DNA from: Haliotis cracherodii
Lineage: Eukaryota
DNA length: 64,000 bases
Reading direction: 5' to 3'
NCBI RefSeq assembly: GCF_022045235.1
Contig: NW_027266268.1
Location: 8,494,001 to 8,558,000 of the forward strand
Shown: in pieces, positions 26,325-37,780 of the stretch
How the letters are laid out: each line of letters begins with the position of its first letter
Numbering within the stretch: position 1 is the stretch's first letter
Made by a program: the position numbers and the translations under genes
The notes under the pieces: generated by a model
What the model was told of the DNA's origin: nothing
Database searches by the model: none
What the model saw: the letters and a program-made list of their open reading frames with translations, nothing else

Positions 26325-26800
26325 AGATGTTTGAATCCCCATGTGAGCGTACTTTCTGATGACAATTTCTGTTTAACATAGCATGTGACCCCCTAAACAA
26401 GCCCTCAAGAACTTATTTACAACACTCCACCTCTGTCCCCTCTTCCCTTTTGTAGGAACAAGTTTGAATCCCCACCTGAAGCCAATTTCTGTTTATCATA
26501 GCATGTGACCCCCTAAACAAGCCCTCAAAGACTTATTTACAACACTCCACCTCTGCCCCCTCTTCCCTTTTGTAAGAACAAGTTTGAATCCCCATCTGAA
26601 GCCAATTTCTGTTTATCATAGCATGTGACCCCCTAAAGAAGCCCTCAAGAACTTATTTACAACACTCCACCTCTGCCCCCTCTTCCCTTTTGTAAGAACA
26701 AGTTTGAATCCCAAACTGAAGCCAATTTCTGTTTATCATAGCATGTGACCCCCTAAACAAGCCCTCAAGGACTTAAAAACAACACCAATATCTACCCCCA
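26325..26800. repeat. Tandem repeat, 120 bp x about 3.8
   Basis: GCCCTCAA recurs at 26401, 26521, 26641 and 26761 with near-identical sequence between. Confidence 0.92.
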
Positions 26801-27929
26801 GCCTTCTCACATTCACTCCCCAGTCTCTCTTCTGATCTCTCTACATATTTTGTTATCAGGGTACACTGTTCAGAGTGTGCAGGTTGATTTGTACAAAAGG
26901 TTTGATTTATATGCTCAAACCAAGTGTACAACTCCGTACAATGAAACCCTGATGTCACCCAGAGTTCTGTCCCTTGGTGTTATTTGAGGGGTCTGTCTTT
27001 TTAAAAATGAATAATAACCGTTAAACATAGTAATATGATATTCATACTGAATATGCCAAAAAACATATTGACAAAATATTATTACATAATAATGTTTAGT
27101 AAATGTAATTTTAGAATTCAACGACATAATCATGATAATGGATATTGTACATGTTTACATAAATATTTCTGTACAAGTTATTTGCAAGTTCCCTGCCTCG
27201 GGGAAATGATAAGACTGTGTATGTGTGTACTGTACATGTTTTTGTACAATTTTCTTCAAGACAAAATATTAATTTCACGAGTTTTTCAATCCAGTTTTGA
27301 TTTCATCAGTTTTTTTCCATACTGGACTCGCTGGAGTAACAAACTTATTATTTTTGTATATTCTATTGGACAATAGTTTTTCAATGGAGAGCCAAAACAT
27401 TTCGTTTCTCACCTGTTTGAATATTGCAGGACACACAGATAAATATATGGCAATTGTTATGTGACATTGCAATTATGTATATTTTTGTTTTTATAACTTA
27501 ATGAACAATTCTATGTTTTACCCTATCATTCCATGAATAAAGAAGTATTATAATTTGAAACTAACCCCGTGTCTAGTGATTTCACAACATGTAAAGTTGA
27601 TAGTACAATACTCCATAATAATGGTTTTGGTTGATTGTGTGTCATGATACGCTGTGTATCGTTGCTGACAATATCGATCACTTGATTTCTGGACCATACT
27701 TGATTATTTACAGGCCTCCATCATCTGAGATCCGGTGGTTGTGGTGTGGTACTGGACTGTGTCATCCTGTCACCATGACAACAGTCTCAGTTTACAACTG
27801 CCCCATTGGGATTCTGAGATAATTAGACCCCAGCAACGTCTGTGTGGTGGGTTATCAATGCAGAGTGATGTGTTTAAAATAAGATTGTTATGATGACACT
27901 CACTGGCCATGCTGTCAACTATTCTGCCA

Positions 27930-30810
27930 CAGAATCCCCACAGGGAGACAAGCATGGGGTACTGGGCATCTAGCCTGCCATGGAATCCCAACCGGGAGAC
28001 AAGCATGAGGTACTGGTAATCTAGTCTGCCCCTTAATCCCCACAGTTAGACAAGCATGAGGTACTGGGAATCTGGTCTGCCACTTAAACCCAACAGTAAG
28101 ACAAGCATGGGGTACTTGGAATCTAGTCTGCCACTTAATCCCCTCAGTTAGACAAGCATGAGGTACTGGGAATCTGGTCTGCCACTTAAACCCAACAGTA
28201 AGACAAGCATGGGGTACTTGGAATCTAGTCTGCCACTTAATCCCCACAGTAAGACAAGCATGGGGTACTTGGAATCTAGTCTGCCACTTAATCCCCTCAG
28301 TTAGACAAGCATGGGGTACTGGGAATCTAGTCTGCCACTTAATCCCCACAGTAAGACAAGCATGGGGTACTTGGAATCTAGTCTGCCACTTAATCCCCAC
28401 AGTAAGACAAGCATGGGGTACTTGGAATCTAGTCTGCCACTTAATCCCCACAGTAAGACAAGCATGGGGTACTTGGAATCTAGTCTGCCACTTAATCCCC
28501 TCAGTTAGACAAGCATGGGGTACTTGGAATCTAGTCTGCCACTTAAACCCCACAGTTAGACAAGCATGAGGTACTGGGAATCTAGTCTGCCACTTAATCC
28601 CCTCAGTTAGACAAGCATGGGGTACTTGGAATCTAGTCTGCCACTTAATCCCCACAGTAAGACAAGCATGGGGTACTTGGAATCTAGTCTGCCACTTAAA
28701 CCCCACAGCAAGACAAGCATGAGGTACTGGGAATCTAGTCTGCCACTTAAACCCCACAGTAAGACAAGCATGAGGTACTTGGAATCTAGTCTGCCACTTA
28801 AACCCCACAGGGAGACAAACATGGGGTACTGGGAATCTAGTCTGCCACTTAATTCCCACAGGGAGACAAACATGGGGTACTGGGGATGTCTGCCACGGAA
28901 TTCCCACAGGGAGACAAGCATGAGGTACTGGGAATCTAGTCTGCCACTTAAACACCACAGTAAGACAAGCATGAGGTACTGGGAATCTAGTCTGCCACTT
29001 AAACCCCACAGTAAGACATGCATGGGGTACTGGGTATCTAGTCTGCCACGGAATTCCCACAGAGAGACAAGCATGGGGTACTGGGTATCTAGTCTGCCAC
29101 TTAATCCCCGCAGGTAGACAAGCACGGGCTACTGGGAATTTAGTCTGCCACTTAATCCCCACAGTTAGACAAACATGGGGTACTGGGAATCTAGTCTGCC
29201 ACGGAATTTCCACAGGGAGACGAGCATGAGGTACTGGGAATCTAGCCTGCCATGGAATCCCCACCGGGAGACAAGCATGAGGTACTTGAAATCTAGTCTG
29301 CCACTTAATCCCCACAGGGAGACAAACATGGGGTACTGGGAATCTAGTCTGCTACGGAATTTCCACAGGGAGACAAGCATGAGGTACTGGGAATGTAGTC
29401 TGCCATGGAATCCCCAACGGGAGACAAGCATGGGGTACTTGGAATCTAGTCTGCCATGGAATCCCCACAGGGAGACAAACATGGGGTACTGGGAATCTAG
29501 TCTGCCACGGAATTGGCACAGGGAGACAAGCATGAGGTACTGGGAATCTAGTCTGCCATCTAATCCCCACCGGTAGACAAGCATGAGGTACTGGGAATCT
29601 AGTCTGCCACTTAATCCCCACAGTTAGACAAGCATGAGGTACTGGGAATCTAGTCTGCCATGGAATCCCCACAGGGAGACAAGCATGAGGTACTGGGAAT
29701 CTAGTCTGCCATGGAATCCCTACAGTGAGACAAACATGAGGTACTAGGGACCTTCTCTGCCGGGTAATCCCCACAGGGATAAAAGCATGGGGTACTGGGG
29801 ACCTATTCTGCGGGGTAATCCCCACGGGGAGAAAAGCATGAGGTACTGGGGATCTATTCCGCCCTAGAATCTCCACAGGGAGACAAGCATGCGGTACTGG
29901 GAATCTAGTCTGCCATGGAATCCCTACAGTGAGACAAGCATGAGGTACTGGGAATCTAGTCTGCCATGGAATCCCTACAGTGAGACAAGCATGAGGTACC
30001 GGGAATCTAGTCTGCCATGGAATCCCTACAGTGAGACAAGCATGAGGTACTGGGAATGTCTGCCATGGAATCCCTACAGTGAGACAAGCATGGGACACTG
30101 GAATCTAGTCTGACACCTAATCCCCACAGTGTGACAAGCATGAGGTACTGGGAATCTGGTCTGCCACGGAATCCCCACAGTTAGACAAGCATGAGGTACT
30201 GGGAATCTAGTCTGCCATGGAATCCCTACAGTGAGACAAGCATGAGGTACTGGGAATCTAGTCTGCCATGGAATCCCCTCAGGGAGACAAGCATGAGGTA
30301 CTGGGAATCTAGTCCGCCACCTAATCCCCACCGGGAGACAAGCATGGGACACTGGGAATCTAGTCTGCCATGGAATCCCTACAGTGAGACAAGCATGAGG
30401 TACTGGGAATCTAGTCTGCCATGGAATTCCCACAGCGAGACAAGCAAGGGGTACTGGAAATGTAGTCTGCCACGGAATCCCCACAGGGAGACAAGCATGG
30501 GGTACTAGGGACCTTCTCTGCCGGGTAATCCCCACAGGGAGAAAAGCATGGGGTACTGGGGACCTAGTCTGCCATCTAATCCCCACAGGGAGACAAGCAT
30601 GGGGTACTTGGAACCTACTCAGCCACGGAGTCCCCACAGGGAGACAAGCATGAGGTACTTGGAATCTAGTCTGCCACGGAATCCCCACAGTTAGACAAGC
30701 ATGGGGTACTGGGGATCTAGTCTGCCACGGAATCCTCACATTGAGACAAGCATGGGATACTGGGAACCTACTCAGCCACGGAATCCCCAAAGGGAGACAT
30801 GCATGTGATA
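27930..30810. repeat. Minisatellite, 51-bp unit, about 56 copies
   Basis: Unit GGGAGACAAGCATGAGGTACTGGGAATCTAGTCTGCCATGGAATCCCCACA (variant ...CCACTTAATCC...); it accounts for the 17-aa-repeat ORFs in the track. Confidence 0.97.
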
Positions 30811-31644
30811 CGTGGGATATATGAGTGCATAAAATTTAATGGTTCTCAAACAATACCATTCTAATACTTAAATCGCACAAGACTCAAAGGTATTAGTCAC
30901 GCGTCTCCAAATATCATTTTTTCCAGATCTACCGCACCTGATGAGCCAGGTATTTGTAGTCTCATCTCGGGTCTATATATGGACCCCATGTGCTTTTTGG
31001 GTGCCTAGTTCCAGAAATAGCAGATAACAGGCTGGGCCTGTCCCACACATGTCCCGCTCCCACACCCGGCATTGAACCACCATGGAGGCTTTTCACATAC
31101 TGTGTCTCATCATCGGTGAGTTTCTTTGGACAAACATTTAAAAACTGTTAATACTAATTGAAATCTTGACAGTCGTGTGGTATGCACTTTCTGTTGTGGA
31201 AGGGGTTGGTGGGTTGAAACAATGAACTGTATAAGTGAATTATTTTATCGACTCCTCGAGCAATATATGTCAGTTTTATAAGGGTGTGTCAGCTTATTGT
31301 AACACTATGAACAGACTTGCAGCGAACAACGAGCACGGGTATGGTGCTGACTGTACAATGAACATTTAAAGTGGTTCAAATTCGATTAGGGGATCCTTTC
31401 ACGGTGAGGCTACTCTTCAAGCCAAATTGCGGAGCCTTATATACACAGTCGAGCCTGACATGTTCCCTGAAACTGCTAATGACTAAAAGTACATACTTAC
31501 ATTAAAAAAGGTAAGTTATTAATTGAATCATTGAATAATCACAGGACAAGTTCAAGGCCAGATACGGTGGTCGCGAGGGTTCGAGATAATGCGGGGTTTG
31601 CGAGACACATGTGATGAACATCTCCAGCCACATGAAGCTGACGA

Positions 31645-32240
31645 ACCGTGATATATCCGAAATACTGTTTAATTGAGTGACACGCCGTGATATAACTGAA
31701 ATACTGTCCAAAGTGAGTGACACACCGTGACATATCTGAAATACTGTCCAAAGTGAGTGACACACCGTGACATATCTGAAATACTGTTTAATTGAGTGAC
31801 ACACCGGACATAACTGAAATACTGTGTAAAATAACTGACACACCGATATAAAACTGAAATACTGTTCAAAGCGACTGACACACCGATATAAAACTGAAAT
31901 ACTGCTCAAAGCGACTGACACACCGATATATAACTGAAATACTGCTCAAAGCGACTGACACACCCTCATATAATAACTTAAATACTTCTCAAAGCGACTG
32001 ACACACCGATATATAACTTAAATACTTCTCAAAGCGACTGACACACCGATATATAACTTAAATACTGCTCAAAGCGACTGACACACCGATATATAACTGA
32101 AATACTGCTCAAAGCGACTGACATACCGATATATATCTGAAATACTGCTCAAAGCGACTGACACACCAATACATAACTTAAATACTTAAATACTCAAAGC
32201 GACTGACACACCCTCATATAACTGAATACTGCTCAAAGCA
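31645..32240. repeat. Minisatellite, 40-bp unit, about 14 copies
   Basis: Unit GACTGACACACCGATATATAACTGAAATACTGCTCAAAGC. Confidence 0.92.
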
Positions 32241-32344
32241 ACCTCGATACTTCACGATTATTGCTCCCAACGGAAGAACATACTAGCTGAAGCACCTTGC
32301 ACCGTGCTCATCATCATCTGGTACAATAGCATCCCCACTCGATA

Positions 32345-35300
32345 ATGTGGTGATTTATACAATTGTCTGTTTTAGTTGGAGCTGCATTTGTTGTTGCACA
32401 GTTTCCGTTTCAACCACCAAATGGTAAGTATTATTATATATAGTACTTTTACTTCACCCGAAGGGTTCTACAGGGTAGCTGTAATTCTCAATACACAGCA
32501 CATAAACTCGATGCAGTGGTCGTTCAGATAGCCTCTCCTTGAAAAAACTGAGTCTACGCCGATTTGATAAGGCACTTCGCTTGATTGACATTCATTTCTG
32601 TTATTATTTACAGATTAAAATAATAAAATTGCAGCAATGAGGGTTTGGGTGATCCTGGCACAGTCAGGCTGGTTTGGCTCATCATCAGTCCAGGGCCCTT
32701 GCCCCCCTCTACAGCAGCCAAGACAGCGAAGGGAACTTCTCCCAGGAAGCGCTGCCTAGTCAAACCCAACCGAGAACTTTTCGGAGAATGTGAAGACTCC
32801 CCAACACTGCAGCCTTCAGCATTGTCAGACGGGCTGTATTCCCGGTAGCAAAGCCGAGTACTCTTCCAATGTCAGTCAACAAATTGGGAGGTACCAAACT
32901 TAAGCCACCGAAAAAAATGGGGCGTCGGACAACTTGGTACTTGGGATGCAAACGTGACATTTCAAAAGCGAGGTGTGCATATTTGCCATGTTTTACCCGT
33001 GTCGTGTCAATCACATTAGTGTCAAAGAGGGACAGAAAATTCAATAATATAAATGATTTCATTGGATTTATCATAACGGACAATCAGGTTTTTTTTGCCT
33101 GGATATGTCTGAAACAGTATACGGGCTTATTCCAAAGAATTTTGTATTTATCATTTTCCATGACACCCTCTACATATTCTGGGTCGTACCATGGATGGAC
33201 CACTGAGTCAAAACCATAAGCAAGGTGAAGACGGTAATAAAAGGATCGAGCCACTCCATCATGTCGCTTAAGATACTGTGTTTGTGCCAAAGCTGGGCAT
33301 CCACTGACAATGTAGTGGACAGACTCCTTAAATTCATTGCATAATCTACATTTTGATGCAAAATCACACATTGATGGTTTCGAGTGGGAAGTGACTGGTC
33401 TTGACCAGCAAACAGAAAGCATTCTGTTTCGTTTTTCGAACAAGCCGACTTCACCCAAGCGAAGGACTCTGCAGGGTTGCTGATCTCTACACACTGCACA
33501 CAAACTTATTTTTCTTCTTATTTTATTGATGATGAACCGACGAAGTAAGATGGTTAAAAAAATATAAAATACGATAATTGAAAAATAAATGAAGGAAGTG
33601 AAATCTAACTAAGATTATATTTCAGTTCCCTCGCAGTCCTGTCTGACGTGTACCTATCTGAGCGACCCAGCTGACTGCAAGCATTCCAAGAAGTGTTACC
33701 CTGGTGACGTGAGTTACAATGTTACAATGCTGCTACTTACCGATTCAATATGCAAACAATAATGGCATTCATGTACTATGTAATGCATGAATTTAAATAC
33801 AGTTAGACAGACCCGTGAAGATCCGGGGTAGAATAGGTCTTTAGCAACCAAAGCTTGCCGTAAGAGATGACTATGCTTGTCGTAAGAGGCGACTAACGAG
33901 ATCGGGTGGTCAGGCTCTACTACTTGGATCGATGCTCATGTTATGAATCACTGGATTGTCTGGTCAAGACTTGATTATTTACAGACCGCCGTCATATAGC
34001 TGGAATATTGCTGAGTGCGGCGTCAATCAATCAATCAATCAATCAATCAAATACAGTTAACCTTTTATCCCATATAACTAAGGGTATCTTTCTATCTCCT
34101 GGTTTAAGACCATCAGATCAAAAACTTTATTTTGAAATTTAAACAAACAAACAAACAAACAAATACATACAAATAAATAAATAAGGTATGATAAGGAGGG
34201 TAATGTAAAAACAGTAGAGACAATTATGTAGTTCTACCTTCCGATTCGTAATCCCATTCACTTATGTTTGGTAGAAGAGCAGATTCTTGAAATGTATATT
34301 TTATTTCAAATATTTAAATGTATTTATCACATGCCTACCGTGCATACGACTCTGTCTCTGTTTCAGTCCTGTTTCCTTGGCGAAGTACACGAGGCAGACA
34401 ATGAGACCTACTACATCCAGTATTGCTACCCTGAACCTGTAAGTCAAAATATATTTTGTCTCAGGAAATAATATGTGTCTTGCAAAATCACGCCAGCAAA
34501 GTGTTGAAGCATATTGTTGAAGGTATTGTGTGATGGCCCACGATTCGCTGTGCAGAGTTGCGTCCCTTGGGCACGCCAGAAACCTATGATTGTGGGTTCG
34601 AATCCCGGTTCGCCCAGATTATGTTTTTAGGTTTGTCAGCACCATACCCGTGCTCGTGGGTTTCACCGAAGTGGTAAACGTCTGAGACCTGCATCACTTC
34701 GGGCTTACTGGAATACTGTCAAAGTGGCGTTAATTTCAACTCACTCACTTTAAATCCAGCAGCATCGGATTGTATCGAAAAAACCCCATTTGTCCCAGAA
34801 AATGCTTGAAAAAACTCATACTGTTGCAATGAAAAGGAATTGTCTGCCACAAAAATACAGTATTTAAATAATATGTATATTTAAGCTCATAGCTTTAAGC
34901 AAATTAAATATCTGGTTTTGCAACTTAGGTGAAAAATATCTTCTCTCCATACAAAATCCCGGCGCCGTTAAACTCACTCACCCAAAATTCACCGTAACGT
35001 AGCCCTGGAACCTGATTCGAATTTCAATAATAAAGCAGTACATACATAATCAGTTACAGCAAGCAAAATAATGATAAATGGGCAAGTGATGTATACTAAC
35101 CACATACATGGCGTGATACAAACAACATCTAATAATGGTGCCTTCGACGAGAAAGCTTAAGTATGTTATTTCTAGAAACAAACGTTGTTGAACATACACA
35201 ACATGTATTTCGTCCCATTCGGGAATACGTATCTGAAATTTCAGTTGGTTGGTCTGTAGTAATAACTGATAGACTAGAAACGGAACAGTTAGAAACAGCG

Positions 35301-36926
35301 AGGGTGGCTGCATATCTTCCAACATTTTCCAAAGCCAGTGAACATTATGAGACAAGATGTTTACGTTAAGTATTAGAAAAACACAGACAGAAAAAAAGCT
35401 ATGCATATTCTACAAAATTATTCATTGCACCAAGATTATCTTCATGCCTTACCTGAGCTCCTTAGACAATTGAAACTTTCATTGATTGTAAACTACGAAC
35501 CAAATTTAATCGTTCAATCATCAGATTCAGAACAATAACTGTACAAAAACCTTCATTTATGTTAACAGCTTTGTGTGGAATCAGGGTGGCTCAGTCGTCT
35601 AAGGCGCCGCGATTCGCTGTGCAGAGTTGCGTCCCTTGGGCACGCCCGAAACCTATGATTATGGGTTCGAATCCCGGTTCGCTCGATTATGTTTTTAGGT
35701 TTGACAGCACCATACCCGTGCTCGTGGGTTTCACAGAAGTGGTTAACGTCTGAGACCTGCATCACTTCGGGCTTTCCTCCCACATTAAGCTGATACGCCG
35801 CGATATAACTGGAATACTGTTAAAAGTGGCGTTAAACCCAAACCCAATCAGAAGTAAGAGGAGCAAGTACATTACAAGTATTCAAAAAGAACATACGTCA
35901 GAAACAAAGCACTATGCCTTGTTTTTACCCGTCAGGAAACCGTTAACTTTACACGCAAGACTTCTTAACGCTGACGTTTTCAAGGCAAATCTTGTTAAAT
36001 TTGACTGTAATTGTGAATCAGAATCTGAAAATGTTTCCTCGAATGTCGCAATAACATTATATCGCTATAGCGTTTTCCAAATTTGGCATAAAATGTGGTC
36101 TATATACCATTCTATTTTGTGTCAATGAGTTCCAGGTAAATAGTTATAGTTTATCGACTAAAGGATTTAAATAGTTCATGGGTTTGTCTCCAAATATGTT
36201 TGTTGAAAATAATACTAATGTTTGCATATATTGATCTTTTGGACAAATTGTACTTTTAAAGAAAGGGCGAGATCGGCCCCTGGAGCTTTTCCCAATCCTT
36301 TTAACTGTATTCAATCAATAAATTATGTACAACACAACGAGTGTCACGTTGTCTAACACAGTCCAAGTGAACCTTTACAGTTCAACCATTTGCGACATCC
36401 CCGCTTGTAAATCATCGTGTTCTTACACAGTCCATGTGAACCTTTACATTTCAATCAAAGGCGACCGACGTAACATCCCTGTTTGTAAATCATCATTATA
36501 TAACGCAGTCCATGTGAACCTTCACATTTCAACCAATGGCGACCGATGTAACATCCCTGTTTGTAAATCATCATTATGTAACGCAGTCCATGTGAACCTT
36601 CACATTTCAACCAATGGCGACCGACGTAACATCCCTGTTTGTAAATCATCATTATGTAACGCAGTCCATGTGAACCTTCACATTTCAACCAATGGCGACC
36701 GACGTAACATCCCTGTTTGTAAATCATCATGTTCGGACACAGCCTATGTGAACCTTTACATTTCAACCAATAGCAACCGAGCTAACATTCCTATTTCCTG
36801 CTGTAGGGCTGTTTACAGATGAAGAGTCTGGTCGAGCAGGGGAACAACGAGCTCCGCGGCTACCACTTCAACTGGATCTCCTGCTGCAACACCGACGACT
36901 GCAACAACATGATACCTCAACCCTAG
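32345..36926 (+). CDS. Secreted Ly6/uPAR (three-finger) protein. Exons 32345-32423, 33626-33708, 34367-34438, 36807-36926; 117 codons with in-frame TGA at codon 3 (possible null allele or pseudogene)
   Basis: Spliced translation MW*FIQLSVLVGAAFVVAQFPFQPPNVPSQSCLTCTYLSDPADCKHSKKCYPGDSCFLGEVHEADNETYYIQYCYPEPGCLQMKSLVEQGNNELRGYHFNWISCCNTDDCNNMIPQP*. Ten Cys, CxxC start, CCxxDxCN end; donors GTAAGT, GTGAGT, GTAAGT; phases 1,0,0 match; no GPI tail. Confidence 0.85.
32470..33505 (-). mobile_element. R4/Dong-like non-LTR retrotransposon, 3' part (RLE endonuclease), in intron 1 of the Ly6 gene
   Basis: CRLCNEFKESVHYIVSGCPALAQTQYLKRHDGVA (CCHC plus RHD), KILWN, C-terminus LKAAVLGSLHILRKVLG ending at 32760; frameshifted; 32470-32600 is a second short fragment; homologous to 38600-39030. 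Confidence 0.8.
33809..34050 (+). mobile_element. SINE-like family B with (CAAT)n tail and TSD
   Basis: Full-length copy; AAATACAGTTA at 33795-33805 and 34049-34059. Confidence 0.85.
34535..34750 (+). mobile_element. SINE family C
   Basis: GATTCGCTGTGCAGAGTTGCGTCCCTTGGGCACGCCAGAAACCTATGATTGTGGGTTCGAATCC. Confidence 0.8.
35583..35845 (+). mobile_element. SINE family C, full length
   Basis: GGTGGCTCAGTCGTCTAAGGCGCC head, GGCTTTCCTCCCAC, tail CTGGAATACTGTTAAAAGTGGCGTTAAACCC. Confidence 0.85.
36345..36795. repeat. Minisatellite, 78-bp unit, about 5.7 copies, at the 3' end of Ly6 intron 3
   Basis: Unit AACGCAGTCCATGTGAACCTTCACATTTCAACCAATGGCGACCGACGTAACATCCCTGTTTGTAAATCATCATTATGT. Confidence 0.92.
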
Positions 36927-37544
36927 ACGCTAGTGGTCACGTTTACATTGCATGGCATGTTCATCTTAGTTCGTTATATGACGTCAGCCATTTTGTGCTT
37001 TTTGTGTGTAACTTTAATGTATTTTCAAATTTCAGTTGTTCGGTTTGGTTAAGATATTAAAAGAGATTTCAACAAAAAAAACGTTATCTAATCCTTCATG
37101 CTCAAAGAATATATTGTTTGTCGAAATCGCCCTTTTTTATAACGAAACAGTTCCCACCGTGTGTACAAGTAATTTTTCATCCCAAACTGGCTCCCACAGG
37201 AGATATCGCTTGGGTGAGATCAAGCGATTTATAACTTGTCCGTGAAGAGATCACCCGTTTAATAAACATACAGCTGTATTACACATCGTGTAATACCAAA
37301 ACGCGTGCTTTTGTACTCTTTTGAAACCTACCAACATCCCTTGGCTTATTCAACGACATTGCGTGTGGAGATGATAGATCACTGAGAGGAGCTTATGCAC
37401 GTTCGATTACCCCAGCAACCTTGTTGCTAAGCTGACGTCACATGGCATTGTTTCGTCGATGGGTCTTGAAATAAAATTCCAGAAATTACGTCATCGGGTA
37501 TTGTGACGTGATTGTAAACTTTGATCGCTCGTAAGTCTATGATG

Positions 37545-37703
37545 ACAGTTGTCTGTTGGGCACCCAGTTCTTCTTCAAACAGATGCAAAGGCAAAGAGTT
37601 GTCTCCTAACCAAGCGGATTAGGTCGCGATCTTCGCGTCCTGACGTCACACGAGGCCGTCCAGACCTTGGAAGGTCCTTTACCTCATGCCTTTGTCGATG
37701 TTT
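37545..37703 (-). mobile_element. Tc1 transposase N-terminal fragment
   Basis: Minus strand translates KHRQRHEVKDLPRSGRPRVTSGREDRDLIRLVRRQ (GRPR motif). Confidence 0.75.
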
Positions 37704-37736
37704 TCAGGGAACGTTTACTTTTACCTTTATATCGCT

Positions 37737-37738
37737 TA

Positions 37739-37780
<42 letters not shown>
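37737..37780. repeat. (TTA)n microsatellite
   Basis: About 14 TTA units. Confidence 0.95.

Noticed and set aside
27930-30810. CRISPR-like array (also considered for the 40-, 44-, 49- and 78-bp arrays)
   Set aside because: Units are contiguous with no unique spacers, there are no cas genes, and the context is eukaryotic.
30938-30990. Hammerhead ribozyme at CTGATGAG
   Set aside because: No stem II followed by GAAA downstream.
36325-36822. 165-aa Cys-containing repeat ORF
   Set aside because: Translation of the 78-bp intronic minisatellite; it overlaps the Ly6 acceptor in another frame.
32351-37270. Selenocysteine reading of the Ly6 TGA
   Set aside because: The TGA lies in the cleaved signal peptide, not at a Cys position, and no SECIS-like hairpin is evident by eye in the 3'UTR (SECISearch not run).
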